Under the pieces are notes generated by a model that did no database searches, had not been told where the DNA came from, and saw only the letters and a list, made by a program, of their open reading frames with translations. From contig CAZACP010000001.1 of assembly GCA_964483665.1 (NCBI GenBank), forward strand, positions 70,358 through 134,357: a stretch of DNA of 64,000 nt. Direction: 5' to 3'. Source of the stretch: an uncultured Candidatus Saccharibacteria bacterium. GTDB taxonomy: Bacteria > Patescibacteriota > Doudnabacteria > UBA920. Position 1 is the first letter of the stretch, and each line of letters opens with the position of its first letter. Shown one piece after another: positions 26,625 to 35,610 of the stretch. Position numbers and translations under genes: made by a program.

Positions 26625-27713
26625 TTAAAATCTTAAAACTTTGGACTGAATAGCTATGTTTTGCACTATTCCAAAAGCCATAAATATAACCAAAAGTCCG
26701 CTGCCGCCGGCGCTTAAAAATGGCAAAGGGATTCCGGTAACAGGCAAAAGCCCCATATTCATGGCAATATTTACCAGGGTATGTATGCCGAGCAAAAAGA
26801 AAATTCCCAAACAAATATACATGCCTAAGTCGTCCCTGGCTTTTCTGGCGATTTTTAAAATTCTGGATCCGCAGAAAAAAAATAAAATTAAAATTCCCAT
26901 AGAACCAAAAAAACCGAGCTGTTCTGAGCCGGCGGCAAAAATAAAGTCAGTTTGCCTTTCCGGCAAAAAGCGGTTTTGGCTTTGAAGCCCTTTGCCCAAA
27001 CCTCTCCCCCAGACGCCGCCGCTGCCTATGGCAATGCCGGCTTGCTTGACGTTATAACCCCTTCCTAAAGGGTCGAGTTCCGGGTCTAAAAAAACTTTAA
27101 TTCTGTCTTTTTGAAAATCTTTTAAGCCAAATTGCCAAAATCCTCCGGCAACAACCATAGCGCTTAGAGACAAAATTAAAATTATTTTTTTGTTTATAGG
27201 GCTAAGTAAAATTAATCCGACCCAAATTCCGCCAATCACCAAAGCCGAGCCAAGGTCGGGCTGGCTTAAAACCAAAAGAGCCGGCAACCCGGCAAAAACC
27301 GCTGACCAAAATAGAATTTTCCAGTCGTTAATTTGGCCGCGTTTTATGTATAAAAGCCTTGAGAGGCCTAAAATTACCGCCAATTTTGCGAATTCAGAGG
27401 GCTGCAAAGTACCGAGTCCCAAGTCAAGCCAGCGCCTGCCGCCCCTGACTTCTGAGCCAAGCAAAAGTAAATAAATTAGTAGCAGGATTATTGCCAGGTA
27501 GGCTACCCGATTTTGTTTGCTGATTGAATGGTAGTCAATTAAAGTCAGAAAAATAAAAAAACCCAGGCCAATGCCGGCAAATATTAGCTGCCTATAAAAA
27601 ACTTCAGTGTTGTCTGAAGCGGTTGTGCCGTACAATATTGCCAGGCCGGAAATTTGCAAAAGCAGCATGGCAATAAACAGCGGCCAATCTACATACTTAA
27701 GTTTTGAGAACAC
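26625..27713 (-). CDS. rodA: SEDS peptidoglycan polymerase RodA/FtsW
   Basis: RRW, QPSEFAK, QPDLG, LPERQTDFIF, TGIPLPFLSAGGS. Confidence 0.88.
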   Translation of the reverse strand: MFSKLKYVDWPLFIAMLLLQISGLAILYGTTASDNTEVFYRQLIFAGIGLGFFIFLTLIDYHSISKQNRVAYLAIILLLIYLLLLGSEVRGGRRWLDLGLGTLQPSEFAKLAVILGLSRLLYIKRGQINDWKILFWSAVFAGLPALLVLSQPDLGSALVIGGIWVGLILLSPINKKIILILSLSAMVVAGGFWQFGLKDFQKDRIKVFLDPELDPLGRGYNVKQAGIAIGSGGVWGRGLGKGLQSQNRFLPERQTDFIFAAGSEQLGFFGSMGILILFFFCGSRILKIARKARDDLGMYICLGIFFLLGIHTLVNIAMNMGLLPVTGIPLPFLSAGGSGLLVIFMAFGIVQNIAIQSKVLRF

Positions 27714-27741
27714 GAAAAAAAGTTAAATTATTTGAATTGAA

Positions 27742-28635
27742 TCAGAATCCCCAATTGTTTTCAGTTTCCGGGGTTTGTAAATCCGAAGCATTGTTTTGGT
27801 TTTTTGGCGCCACTAAGTTTTGTGAAGACAGCGTGTTGGTTTCAGCCAAAACTTCTATTTTGGAAGGAGTAATAAACAATCCCGGCCAAAGTTGCTTAAA
27901 TGCCCGCTTTTCCAAAGGTCTTAAGTCATTTTCAGTCCTTTGGCTTACCGCAACAATTTGATTATTTTGGCCGTAAAGCAAAAAAGTTAAGTTAACTTGC
28001 CTGACTAAATAAGGGCTGTTATTTACTACGCTGCTCTCAACTGAGAAAATTAACGGGGAGGTTTGTTGGTTTGAAGTTGCGGGCGACACGGACAGCAGAA
28101 CTGTGGGATTTTTGAACCTTTTTTGCCATTTAACTTCATTGGTTAAATTCAATTCTGTTTTGGCTATGGGTTCGGAACTTAAAATTTTTGGAGCAATTAT
28201 GTACTTTTCGCTTTTTGGTAAAATGTAGAACGAGCCGGAAACTGCTTCGCTATTTTGCGGGGTAATTTTTTGTCCGGAAGCGTTATAGTAAGTCCAGGCG
28301 AATTGAACATTTTCGGCGGAAAGGTCCGGGTTTAAATTACTAATTTTCGCCACTGCCCCATAGGTGCCGTCTGAGTAAGTTAAAACTTTTGGATCGCCTA
28401 TGCTTAAATCTTTAAATTCCGAAAAGCTGGGCTTGGCTTTGGCTTGGTACGGCTTATATTTACTTTCCCAGTATTTATAAGAAATAGCCTTGGAAATAAA
28501 ATAACTCGGAACCAAACCGACAATTAGGGCTACTAAAACCCATTTTAGAACCGGCGGAAACCCGGTTAAGGCCCTTTGAGCGTTAAACTCCGCTTCCTCA
28601 ATTTTTAATTCGAGTTTTTCTTTAAAAAGACTCAT
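27742..28635 (-). CDS. Membrane-anchored hypothetical protein with beta-rich domains
   Basis: Single N-terminal TM, two similar beta-sandwich-like segments. Confidence 0.7.
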   Translation of the reverse strand: MSLFKEKLELKIEEAEFNAQRALTGFPPVLKWVLVALIVGLVPSYFISKAISYKYWESKYKPYQAKAKPSFSEFKDLSIGDPKVLTYSDGTYGAVAKISNLNPDLSAENVQFAWTYYNASGQKITPQNSEAVSGSFYILPKSEKYIIAPKILSSEPIAKTELNLTNEVKWQKRFKNPTVLLSVSPATSNQQTSPLIFSVESSVVNNSPYLVRQVNLTFLLYGQNNQIVAVSQRTENDLRPLEKRAFKQLWPGLFITPSKIEVLAETNTLSSQNLVAPKNQNNASDLQTPETENNWGF

Positions 28636-28793
28636 ATTTTTATGTTGATTTTCTTATTTTAATTATAGCAAAGACCTGTGGATTTTGGTACAATCAAAAT
28701 GACAAAAATGAGCAAATTTTAAATAACTGACAAAAATTGATATGCCTATGTAGTACTAATTTTGTCATTTTCGTCGTTTTTGTCATTTTTATT

Positions 28794-31700
28794 ATGAATT
28801 TTACCCATTTACACTGCCATTCGCACTATTCGCTTTTAGACGGTTTGTCGAAAATTGACCCGCTACTTGAACGTGTGCGGGACTTAAAAATGGACAGTTT
28901 GGCTGTTACTGACCACGGCGTTATGTATGGAGCCGTAGAATTTTACTCCAGAGCCAAAGAAATGAGTATAAAGCCGATTATCGGGCTGGAGGCTTATGTC
29001 GCTCCCCGCTCCATGCTCGACAAGGAGGGTAAAATTGACAGCGACTACTTTCATTTGACGCTGCTTTCAAAAAACCATATTGGCTACCAAAATTTAATCA
29101 AACTGACAACCGAGGCGCACTTAAACGGATTCTATTACAAGCCCCGAATCGACTTGCAGATTTTAAAAAAGTATTCAGAAGGTTTAATTTGCCTCTCCGG
29201 CTGCCAAAGGGGCGAAATCGCGCGGGCGGTTATGAACAACGGGACTTTAAAAGCCGAAGAGGTTTTAAAAAAATACCTCGCGATTTTTGATTCCGGGAAT
29301 TTATATATAGAATTGCAGCGAAACGCCCGCGAAAAAAGCCCGGAAGAAACGGAATTAAACGGCCGGCTGCTGGAACTTTCAAAGCGCCACAATTTGCCGA
29401 CTGTGGCCACGGCCGATTGCCATTATATTTACCCCGAAGATTTTGAAGCTCAGGATGTTTTGGTCTGTATTGGAACAGCTAGAACAGTGGGCGATTCAGA
29501 CAGGCTCGATATGCGCAAGTACGACCTTTCTTTAAAATCGCCGGAAAAAATGCACGAAATATTTTACGACTTGCCCGAGGCTGTAGAAAACACCCAAAAA
29601 ATTGCCCAAAGCTGCAATTTAGAAATCAAGCTCGACCAGCGCTACTTCCCTTCCGTAGAAATTCCGGCCGGCAAAACTTCGGGAGAATATTTGCGTGACT
29701 TGGTTTATGAAAAAGCGACGCCGCTTTACGGCAAAAACGGAGAATTGCCGGCGGAAATTAAAGAGCGCATAGATTATGAGCTGAATATTATAGTAAAAAA
29801 AGGTTTTGACACCTATTTTTTAATGGTGGCGGACGTAGTAGAAGGCGCGCGCAACATTGGCGCTATTACCAACACCAGAGGCAGTGCCGCCGGCAGCATT
29901 GTCGGCAGAATTTTGGGCATTACCAATGTAGATCCGCTTTACTACGAACTTCCCTTTGAGCGTTTTTTAACCATGCATAGGCCGACCCCGCCCGATATTG
30001 ATTTAGATATTGCCGACAACCGCAGGGACGAAGCCATTGCCTACATTACCCAAAAATACGGCAGCGAAAAAGTTGCGCAAATTATTACTTTCGGAACTAT
30101 GATGGCCAGAGCCGCGGTTAGAGACGTAGGCAGAGCCTTGGGCGTTTCGTATTCTAAGTGCGACCGCTTGGCTAAAATGATACCCATTGGCAAACAAGGT
30201 TTTCATATGACCATAGACAAAGCTATGGACATAAATAAAGAATTAAAAGAAGCCGTAGACCTGGATCCTGAAACCAGACACATAATTGAAATTGCCAAAA
30301 AGCTGGAAGGCTGCGCTCGCCACGCCAGTGTTCACGCCGCGGGTATTGTTATTACGCCCACTCCCCTCACCGACTATATGCCGCTTCAAAAAGAACCCGA
30401 AGGCGAGCGCATAATTACCCAGTATGATATGTACGCGCTGGATGTTAACGCTAATTCTAAAGCCATTGGCGTAGTAAAACTTGATTTGTTAGGCATACGG
30501 AATTTATCTATTTTAGAAGAAGCAATGCGCCTGGTTAAGCTGCGCCATAACATAGACATAGATATTTACAACCTGCCCCACCCGGACAAAAAAACTTTTA
30601 AGCTTTTGTCTGACGGCTACACTTTTGGCGTTTTTCAATTAGGCTCGGCCGGTATGACCAGATATTTAAAGGAACTTAAGCCCAGCACAATTTTTGACAT
30701 TATGGCCATGATAGCCCTCTACCGCCCGGGGCCTTTGCAATTCATACCCGAATATATTGCGCGTAAACATAACCCCAAACTTATAAAGTATTTTGACCCG
30801 GCTTTTGAGAAAATTTTAAAGCGCACCTACGGCATTTTAGTCTACCAGGACGACCTGTTAACTATAGCGCACGATTTGGCCGGTTATACCTGGGAAGAAG
30901 TCGACAAATTTAGAAAAGCGGTGGGCAAAAAAATTCCCGAAGAAATGGCCAAGCAGAAAATAAAGTTCATTGAAGGCTGTATGAAAACTTCCGGGTGGAG
31001 CCAAAGCAAAGCCGCGGAAATTTGGAACTGGATAGAGCCTTTTGCCGCCTACGGTTTTAACAAAGCCCACTCGGCTTCCTATTCTGCCGTGTCTTACCAG
31101 ACCGCGTATATGAAGGCTAATTTTCCCGTGGAATTTATGGCAGCGGTTATGACCGCGGAAAGCGGAGACGAAGACAAGATTTACGAAGCTGTGGAAGAGT
31201 GTAAAGAGCTGGGCATAACCGTGCTGCCGCCTTCGGTTTCAGAGTCTTTTTCGGACTTTACGGTGGTGGACGAAAAAACTATTCGTTTTGGTTTTAATGC
31301 CATAAAAAATTTAGGCAGCGATGTAATAGAAAGGATAATGGAAGCAAGAGAATTACAGAAAGAGAGAATAAGAGAATTAGGTGAAGATACAAAACTTTAT
31401 CCAAAGTTTAATTCACTGCAAGACTTTCTTCTTAAATGCCATGTTAAAAATTTTAACAAAAAATCTTGGGAAGCTTTGGTTAAGGCCGGGGCTTTGGACG
31501 AGTTTGGCGAACGCGGACAGCTTTTGGCCAATACCGAAGAAGTCTTAGATTTTGTTCGCGAGCATTTTAAGGCTGAACTTTCCGGCCAGTCCTCTTTGTT
31601 TGGCAAAAGCCTGCAGATAGGTAATTTAAAACTCAGAGAAGTTGAACCCGTTACAAAAGAGCAAAAGCTGTTATGGGAAAAAGAACATTTGGGAATGTAT

Positions 31701-32369
31701 GTTTCCGCGCATCCGCTTGACGCGCATAGGCAGGTGCTTTCTAAAATGACTTCCATAAAGTCGGTAAGCGACGAAAGTTTGGGCGGCAATTTAACTTTGG
31801 GCGGCATAATAACCAAACTCAAACGAACCATTACCAAAAAATCTGAACCGATGGCATTTTTTACGCTTCAGGATTTAACCGGCTCTATGGAAGTATTGGT
31901 TTTTCCTAAGGCAATGGAAAAAGCCTTACCGTATTTGGACAATGACAGGCTGGTTTTAGTCTCCGGCAGGTTGTCGTCTTCCACCCGAAAAGACAAGCGT
32001 GTTTCTTCCCCTCCCCCTTTGGGGGAGGGTCAGGGAGAGGGTGCTGCCAAATACGAGGACGAAGAGTTAAAGCTAATAGCCGAAGAAATTAAAGAACTGC
32101 CAACAGACGAAAATTACGACAGCGCATTAAGGGAACTGCAGAAAACTCAAAAATTGGTAATTTTTTTGCAAGAAATGCCTCAAATGGAAGTGTTAAACCA
32201 AATTAAGCAGGTTTTGGAAAGTAATTTGGGGCAAGCCCAGGTGTATTTGTCTGTGGGTATAGGCGCTAAAGCCAAGCTTATAAAAACCCAAACTATGGTA
32301 AAAATTTCTGAGGAGTTAGTTCTTCAATTGAAGGGTATTAGCGAGGTAAGTAAGGTGGATGTGGAGTGA
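28794..32369 (+). CDS. dnaE: DNA polymerase III alpha subunit
   Basis: HLHCHSHYSLLDG PHP domain, RGSAAGS, PDIDLD, KLDLLG, YGFNKAHS. Confidence 0.97.
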   Translation: MNFTHLHCHSHYSLLDGLSKIDPLLERVRDLKMDSLAVTDHGVMYGAVEFYSRAKEMSIKPIIGLEAYVAPRSMLDKEGKIDSDYFHLTLLSKNHIGYQNLIKLTTEAHLNGFYYKPRIDLQILKKYSEGLICLSGCQRGEIARAVMNNGTLKAEEVLKKYLAIFDSGNLYIELQRNAREKSPEETELNGRLLELSKRHNLPTVATADCHYIYPEDFEAQDVLVCIGTARTVGDSDRLDMRKYDLSLKSPEKMHEIFYDLPEAVENTQKIAQSCNLEIKLDQRYFPSVEIPAGKTSGEYLRDLVYEKATPLYGKNGELPAEIKERIDYELNIIVKKGFDTYFLMVADVVEGARNIGAITNTRGSAAGSIVGRILGITNVDPLYYELPFERFLTMHRPTPPDIDLDIADNRRDEAIAYITQKYGSEKVAQIITFGTMMARAAVRDVGRALGVSYSKCDRLAKMIPIGKQGFHMTIDKAMDINKELKEAVDLDPETRHIIEIAKKLEGCARHASVHAAGIVITPTPLTDYMPLQKEPEGERIITQYDMYALDVNANSKAIGVVKLDLLGIRNLSILEEAMRLVKLRHNIDIDIYNLPHPDKKTFKLLSDGYTFGVFQLGSAGMTRYLKELKPSTIFDIMAMIALYRPGPLQFIPEYIARKHNPKLIKYFDPAFEKILKRTYGILVYQDDLLTIAHDLAGYTWEEVDKFRKAVGKKIPEEMAKQKIKFIEGCMKTSGWSQSKAAEIWNWIEPFAAYGFNKAHSASYSAVSYQTAYMKANFPVEFMAAVMTAESGDEDKIYEAVEECKELGITVLPPSVSESFSDFTVVDEKTIRFGFNAIKNLGSDVIERIMEARELQKERIRELGEDTKLYPKFNSLQDFLLKCHVKNFNKKSWEALVKAGALDEFGERGQLLANTEEVLDFVREHFKAELSGQSSLFGKSLQIGNLKLREVEPVTKEQKLLWEKEHLGMYVSAHPLDAHRQVLSKMTSIKSVSDESLGGNLTLGGIITKLKRTITKKSEPMAFFTLQDLTGSMEVLVFPKAMEKALPYLDNDRLVLVSGRLSSSTRKDKRVSSPPPLGEGQGEGAAKYEDEELKLIAEEIKELPTDENYDSALRELQKTQKLVIFLQEMPQMEVLNQIKQVLESNLGQAQVYLSVGIGAKAKLIKTQTMVKISEELVLQLKGISEVSKVDVE
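32007..32041. repeat. Palindromic element in frame in dnaE
   Basis: CCCTCCCCC-TTT-GGGGGAGGG-TCAGGGAGAGGG encodes SPPPLGEGQGEG. Confidence 0.8.
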
Positions 32370-32404
32370 TCACAGATGCACAGATAGGAGAAAGATTACA
32401 CAGA

Positions 32405-33107
32405 TAAAAAAGTGAAGAGCCCACAATCTTAGAAAGATCGCGGGCTCAAAGCTCATCGGCCGCTGGCCGAAGACCGCCGAAAGGCGGGTTTTTTCTTAGC
32501 AAGCATTAAGCTTGCTGCCCACTGGCTCCCCCGGAACCAGTGCTGGGCGGCGCCGGAGCGCCGTGGGTTGGTAGTTACTGCGACATCATCGCCCGCTCAT
32601 GCGCGGCTCGTCGCTGGCTGTTTTATGGTTTCCTCTGTGGTTTATCCGTTCGGTGGCTCTTGCTTAGCCTTGGACTAAGCTGTCATCGCCCGCCGATCGG
32701 CAGAGGAAGTTGTATTCACCTTTTTGCGGCCGGTTTGTCGCCGGCACAGGCTTTGGGGCAATCGCGAACGGCCCGAAAGCCTTGGCGACTTGGCCGTATT
32801 AGGTGTTCGCGCTATTCAAAATGCCAAGGCATTTTGTTTGCCGGGCGCGCCGCCGGCGCCGGTCAGATGTCCCGGTTCAGAATAAAATTAAGAGGGTTCA
32901 TCGCCGCCGGCATTTGCATTGGGCTAGCCATCTCATTTCTCCTTTCTTCAAAAATTCTCGAACATTGGGCGGCACTCGGTGCCGCCAGAAAATGAATGTT
33001 GGAAGGACGGCGGTTTAGGACTAGTTCGAGGTTTTAAGTCGAAAGCTAGCCCTGGTTCGTGACGCCCATCGTTTGGGGGTCATAAAATCCTCCAAATTCG
33101 ATTATTG
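32405..33107 (-). ncRNA. Candidate large structured RNA (~700 nt), family unknown
   Basis: Perfect promoter, G-U-containing terminator, many stems, recurring GGC-GAT-GA/GA-GCC K-turns; only two ~20-codon SD-led ORFs noticed on this strand. Confidence 0.65.
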
Positions 33108-33113
33108 TCTAAT

Positions 33114-33142
33114 ATTATACTCCTTTTTATTCATTTTGTCAA
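33114..33142 (-). promoter_or_regulatory. Consensus sigma70 promoter
   Basis: TTGACA(33142-33137)-17 nt-TATAAT(33119-33114). Confidence 0.9.
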
Positions 33143-33197
33143 GGGTTTTTGGAGAAAAGGTTTTAATTAAGCGGTTTTAAACTGTGGATATAATGGG

Positions 33198-33226
33198 TTG
33201 TCAAAGTTTATTAATTTTGTTATAGT
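33198..33226 (+). promoter_or_regulatory. Sigma70 promoter of the thrS leader
   Basis: TTGTCA-17 nt-TATAGT with extended TG. Confidence 0.8.
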
Positions 33227-33231
33227 TTGTT

Positions 33232-33422
33232 TAGTTCTTCAAACATTGATCCGGACAACCAATTCGGGGAGTTTGGAACAATTAGAAATAAATCTTTTTT
33301 AGTTCTAGAGCCTAAAAAAGATGAAAAGTTATTCTGGGACGGAAACGTCTCGCAAAGCGAGACCCCAGGGATTGGTTGGTCAAATATTGTTTTTGACCGA
33401 CCGCTCCCTGGGGTTTTGTTTT
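33232..33422 (+). promoter_or_regulatory. Atypical T-box-like riboswitch upstream of thrS
   Basis: K-turn stem with loop CAACCAA (ACC = Thr), second stem, bulged antiterminator GGG-ACGGAAAC-GTC overlapping a terminator at 33363-33422. Confidence 0.65.
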
Positions 33423-33435
33423 AATATAATAAAAA

Positions 33436-33570
33436 AGCGAAACAAGTAAAGTTTCGCTGGAGGGCGGGAGGTGGCGCGGCATGCACCAAGTGTATGTTAT
33501 CCGAAAAACAGATAACCAATGGTGAATTGGTGATCGCGCCAGCCCCTTTAATCTTAAAAACCCTCCAGCT
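33436..33570. other. Second structured element between the terminator and thrS
   Basis: AGCGAAAC...GTTTCGCT hairpin and long irregular hairpin GCTGGAGGG...CCCTCCAGC. Confidence 0.5.
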
Positions 33571-33612
33571 CGTTTTGTGTATAATAAATTAAATTTTTAA
33601 TAGTGTAAATAC

Positions 33613-35370
33613 ATGGACCAAAAAGAACATTTGCAACAAATTAGACACACCTTAGCCCATTTAACTGCCGCAGCGGTAAGGGAACTTTGGCCTGGCAGCA
33701 AAAACGCTATCGGTCCTGCTATAGAGAATGGATTTTATCAAGACTTTGAAATTGCCGGACATATTTTAACAGAAAAAGATTTGCCGAAAATAGAAAAGCA
33801 GATAAAGAAGCTTTTACCTAAATGGACGCATTTTGAAAAAAAAGAAGTTTCCAAGGAAGATGCGTTAAAAGAATTTGCCTGGAATGAATATAAAAGCGAA
33901 CTTATAAATGAATTTGCTGAAGAAGGAAAAAAACTTACCTTTCATAACTCCCCTGGCTTTATTGACCTGTGTAAGGGCGGGCACGTAGAGAATCCTTCTA
34001 AAGAAATTAAGCCAGATGCTTTTAAGTTAACTAAAGTTGCGGGCGCTTATTGGCGGGGCGATGAAAAAAACAAAATGTTAACCCGTATTTATGGCCTGGC
34101 ATTTGAAACTAAAGAAGAATTAGAAAGTTATTTAAAAATGCTGGAAGAAGCCGAAAAGAGAGACCATAAAAAATTGGGCGTGGCTTTGGATTTGTTTGTT
34201 TTTTCTGAGTTGGTAGGGCCGGGATTGCCCCTTTGGACGCCTAAAGGCACATTACTTAGGAATTTATTGGACGATTACGTATGGAGTTTAAGAAAGCCTT
34301 TGGGTTATGAAAAGGTAGAAATTCCCCATATTACCAAAAAAGAACTTTACGAGAAAAGCGGGCATTGGGAAAAATTTAAAAACGAATTGTTTAATATAAA
34401 AACGCGCGAAGGCCATACTTTTGCCATGAAGCCTATGAATTGCCCGCATCATACGCAAATTTACGCGCGCAAGCAGTTTAGTTACAGAGAGTTGCCGCAA
34501 AGATATGCAAACAGCACAACTTGTTATCGTGACGAACAAACAGGTGAGCTTTCCGGCCTTTCGCGAGTGCGCGCGTTTACGCAGGACGACGCCCATGTTT
34601 TTTGCCGCTTTAGCCAGGTCAAAAGCGAACTTGCCGCTGTTTGGGACAAAGTTGTTGAGCCGTTTTATAAATCTTTTGGCTTTAATTTAAAACTGCGCTT
34701 GTCTTTGCATGACCCAGGCGCCCTAGAAAAATATTTGGGCGGGGCGGAGAAATGGCAAGAGGCGGAAAATATTTTAAGGGAACTGGCAAAAGAAAGGCAA
34801 ACTGAATTTTTTGAAGGCGTGGGCGAAGCCGCCTTTTACGGACCCAAGTTAGATTTTTTGGCAACCGATTCTTTAGGTCGGCAGTGGCAGGTGGCAACTA
34901 TTCAGTTGGATATGAACCAGCCGGAGAGGTTTGACTTAACCTGCGTAAACGAAGAAGGACAAAAGGAAAGAATTGTTATGATTCACGCCGCAATAATGGG
35001 GTCTATTGACCGTTTTCTTTCTATTTTAATAGAACACACTGCCGGCAGTTTCCCGCTTTGGCTCTCCCCCACCCAAGTGGCAGTTTTACCTATTAGCGAC
35101 AATCAGAAAGCTTATGCGGAGAAAATTGCTAACGACCTAAAAGCGCAGATTTTAAATTTAAGATTGGAGATTGATGGCAGGGCCGAAAGTATTGGTAAAA
35201 AAATCCGCGAAGCCACCTTACAAAAAATTCCCTACCAAATAATTGTCGGGGAAAAAGAAGTCGCTGCTAATTTAGTTGCGGTTAGAACCAGGGAGGGAAA
35301 AGATTTAGGCCAAATGAGTTTGGAAGAATTTACAACTAAATTGTTAGAAGAAATAAAAAATAAAAAATAA
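33613..35370 (+). CDS. thrS: Threonine--tRNA ligase (no N-terminal TGS domain)
   Basis: RHTLAH, DLCKGGH, KPMNCP, RVRAFTQDDAH, FYGPK. Confidence 0.97.
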   Translation: MDQKEHLQQIRHTLAHLTAAAVRELWPGSKNAIGPAIENGFYQDFEIAGHILTEKDLPKIEKQIKKLLPKWTHFEKKEVSKEDALKEFAWNEYKSELINEFAEEGKKLTFHNSPGFIDLCKGGHVENPSKEIKPDAFKLTKVAGAYWRGDEKNKMLTRIYGLAFETKEELESYLKMLEEAEKRDHKKLGVALDLFVFSELVGPGLPLWTPKGTLLRNLLDDYVWSLRKPLGYEKVEIPHITKKELYEKSGHWEKFKNELFNIKTREGHTFAMKPMNCPHHTQIYARKQFSYRELPQRYANSTTCYRDEQTGELSGLSRVRAFTQDDAHVFCRFSQVKSELAAVWDKVVEPFYKSFGFNLKLRLSLHDPGALEKYLGGAEKWQEAENILRELAKERQTEFFEGVGEAAFYGPKLDFLATDSLGRQWQVATIQLDMNQPERFDLTCVNEEGQKERIVMIHAAIMGSIDRFLSILIEHTAGSFPLWLSPTQVAVLPISDNQKAYAEKIANDLKAQILNLRLEIDGRAESIGKKIREATLQKIPYQIIVGEKEVAANLVAVRTREGKDLGQMSLEEFTTKLLEEIKNKK

Positions 35371-35390
35371 GTTAAAATTTATCCCCCACT

Positions 35391-35573
35391 TCAGCCCTTG
35401 GGCTGAAGTGGGGTTTTCGGTTTTTCTGTTTCAGTCGGATCGCGCCACGCATGTGGCGTACTTACTGAACAACAAACAAGTGTGCCCCACTGTGGGTGGG
35501 TGGCAACAATAATTGTGCCTTCACACCCATCAACGGGGCATGGCTGACCCACTCTGAGACCATGTATTTTCAT
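35391..35573 (-). CDS. Small Zn-ribbon-like hypothetical protein
   Basis: AAGGAG SD, TTGACA promoter; CPVDGC...CCS. Confidence 0.6.
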   Translation of the reverse strand: MKIHGLRVGQPCPVDGCEGTIIVATHPQWGTLVCCSVSTPHAWRDPTETEKPKTPLQPKG

Positions 35574-35610
35574 GGACACTCCTTTAATAGGAGAATACAG
35601 CATTTATGAT

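Noticed and set aside
28794-32369. Intein in DnaE (also checked DnaB and GyrB)
   Set aside because: Lengths are normal and no C/S...HN splice motifs were seen; extra residues are short inserts
32540-33018. Plus-strand ORFs 32540-32995 and 32803-33018 as proteins
   Set aside because: No SD or plus-strand promoter seen and no recognisable motifs; promoter, terminator and G-U pairs all point to the minus strand
32405-33107. RNase P RNA, tmRNA or group II intron identity for the large RNA
   Set aside because: GAGGAAA is present but not GAGGAAAGUCC or the 3' P4 motif; no tRNA-like ends or tag peptide; no GUGYG start or domain V; it does not interrupt a gene
33227-33424. 65-aa ORF upstream of thrS as a leader peptide
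   Set aside because: Its TTG begins right after the -10 box, before the expected TSS; not Thr-rich; better explained as structured RNA
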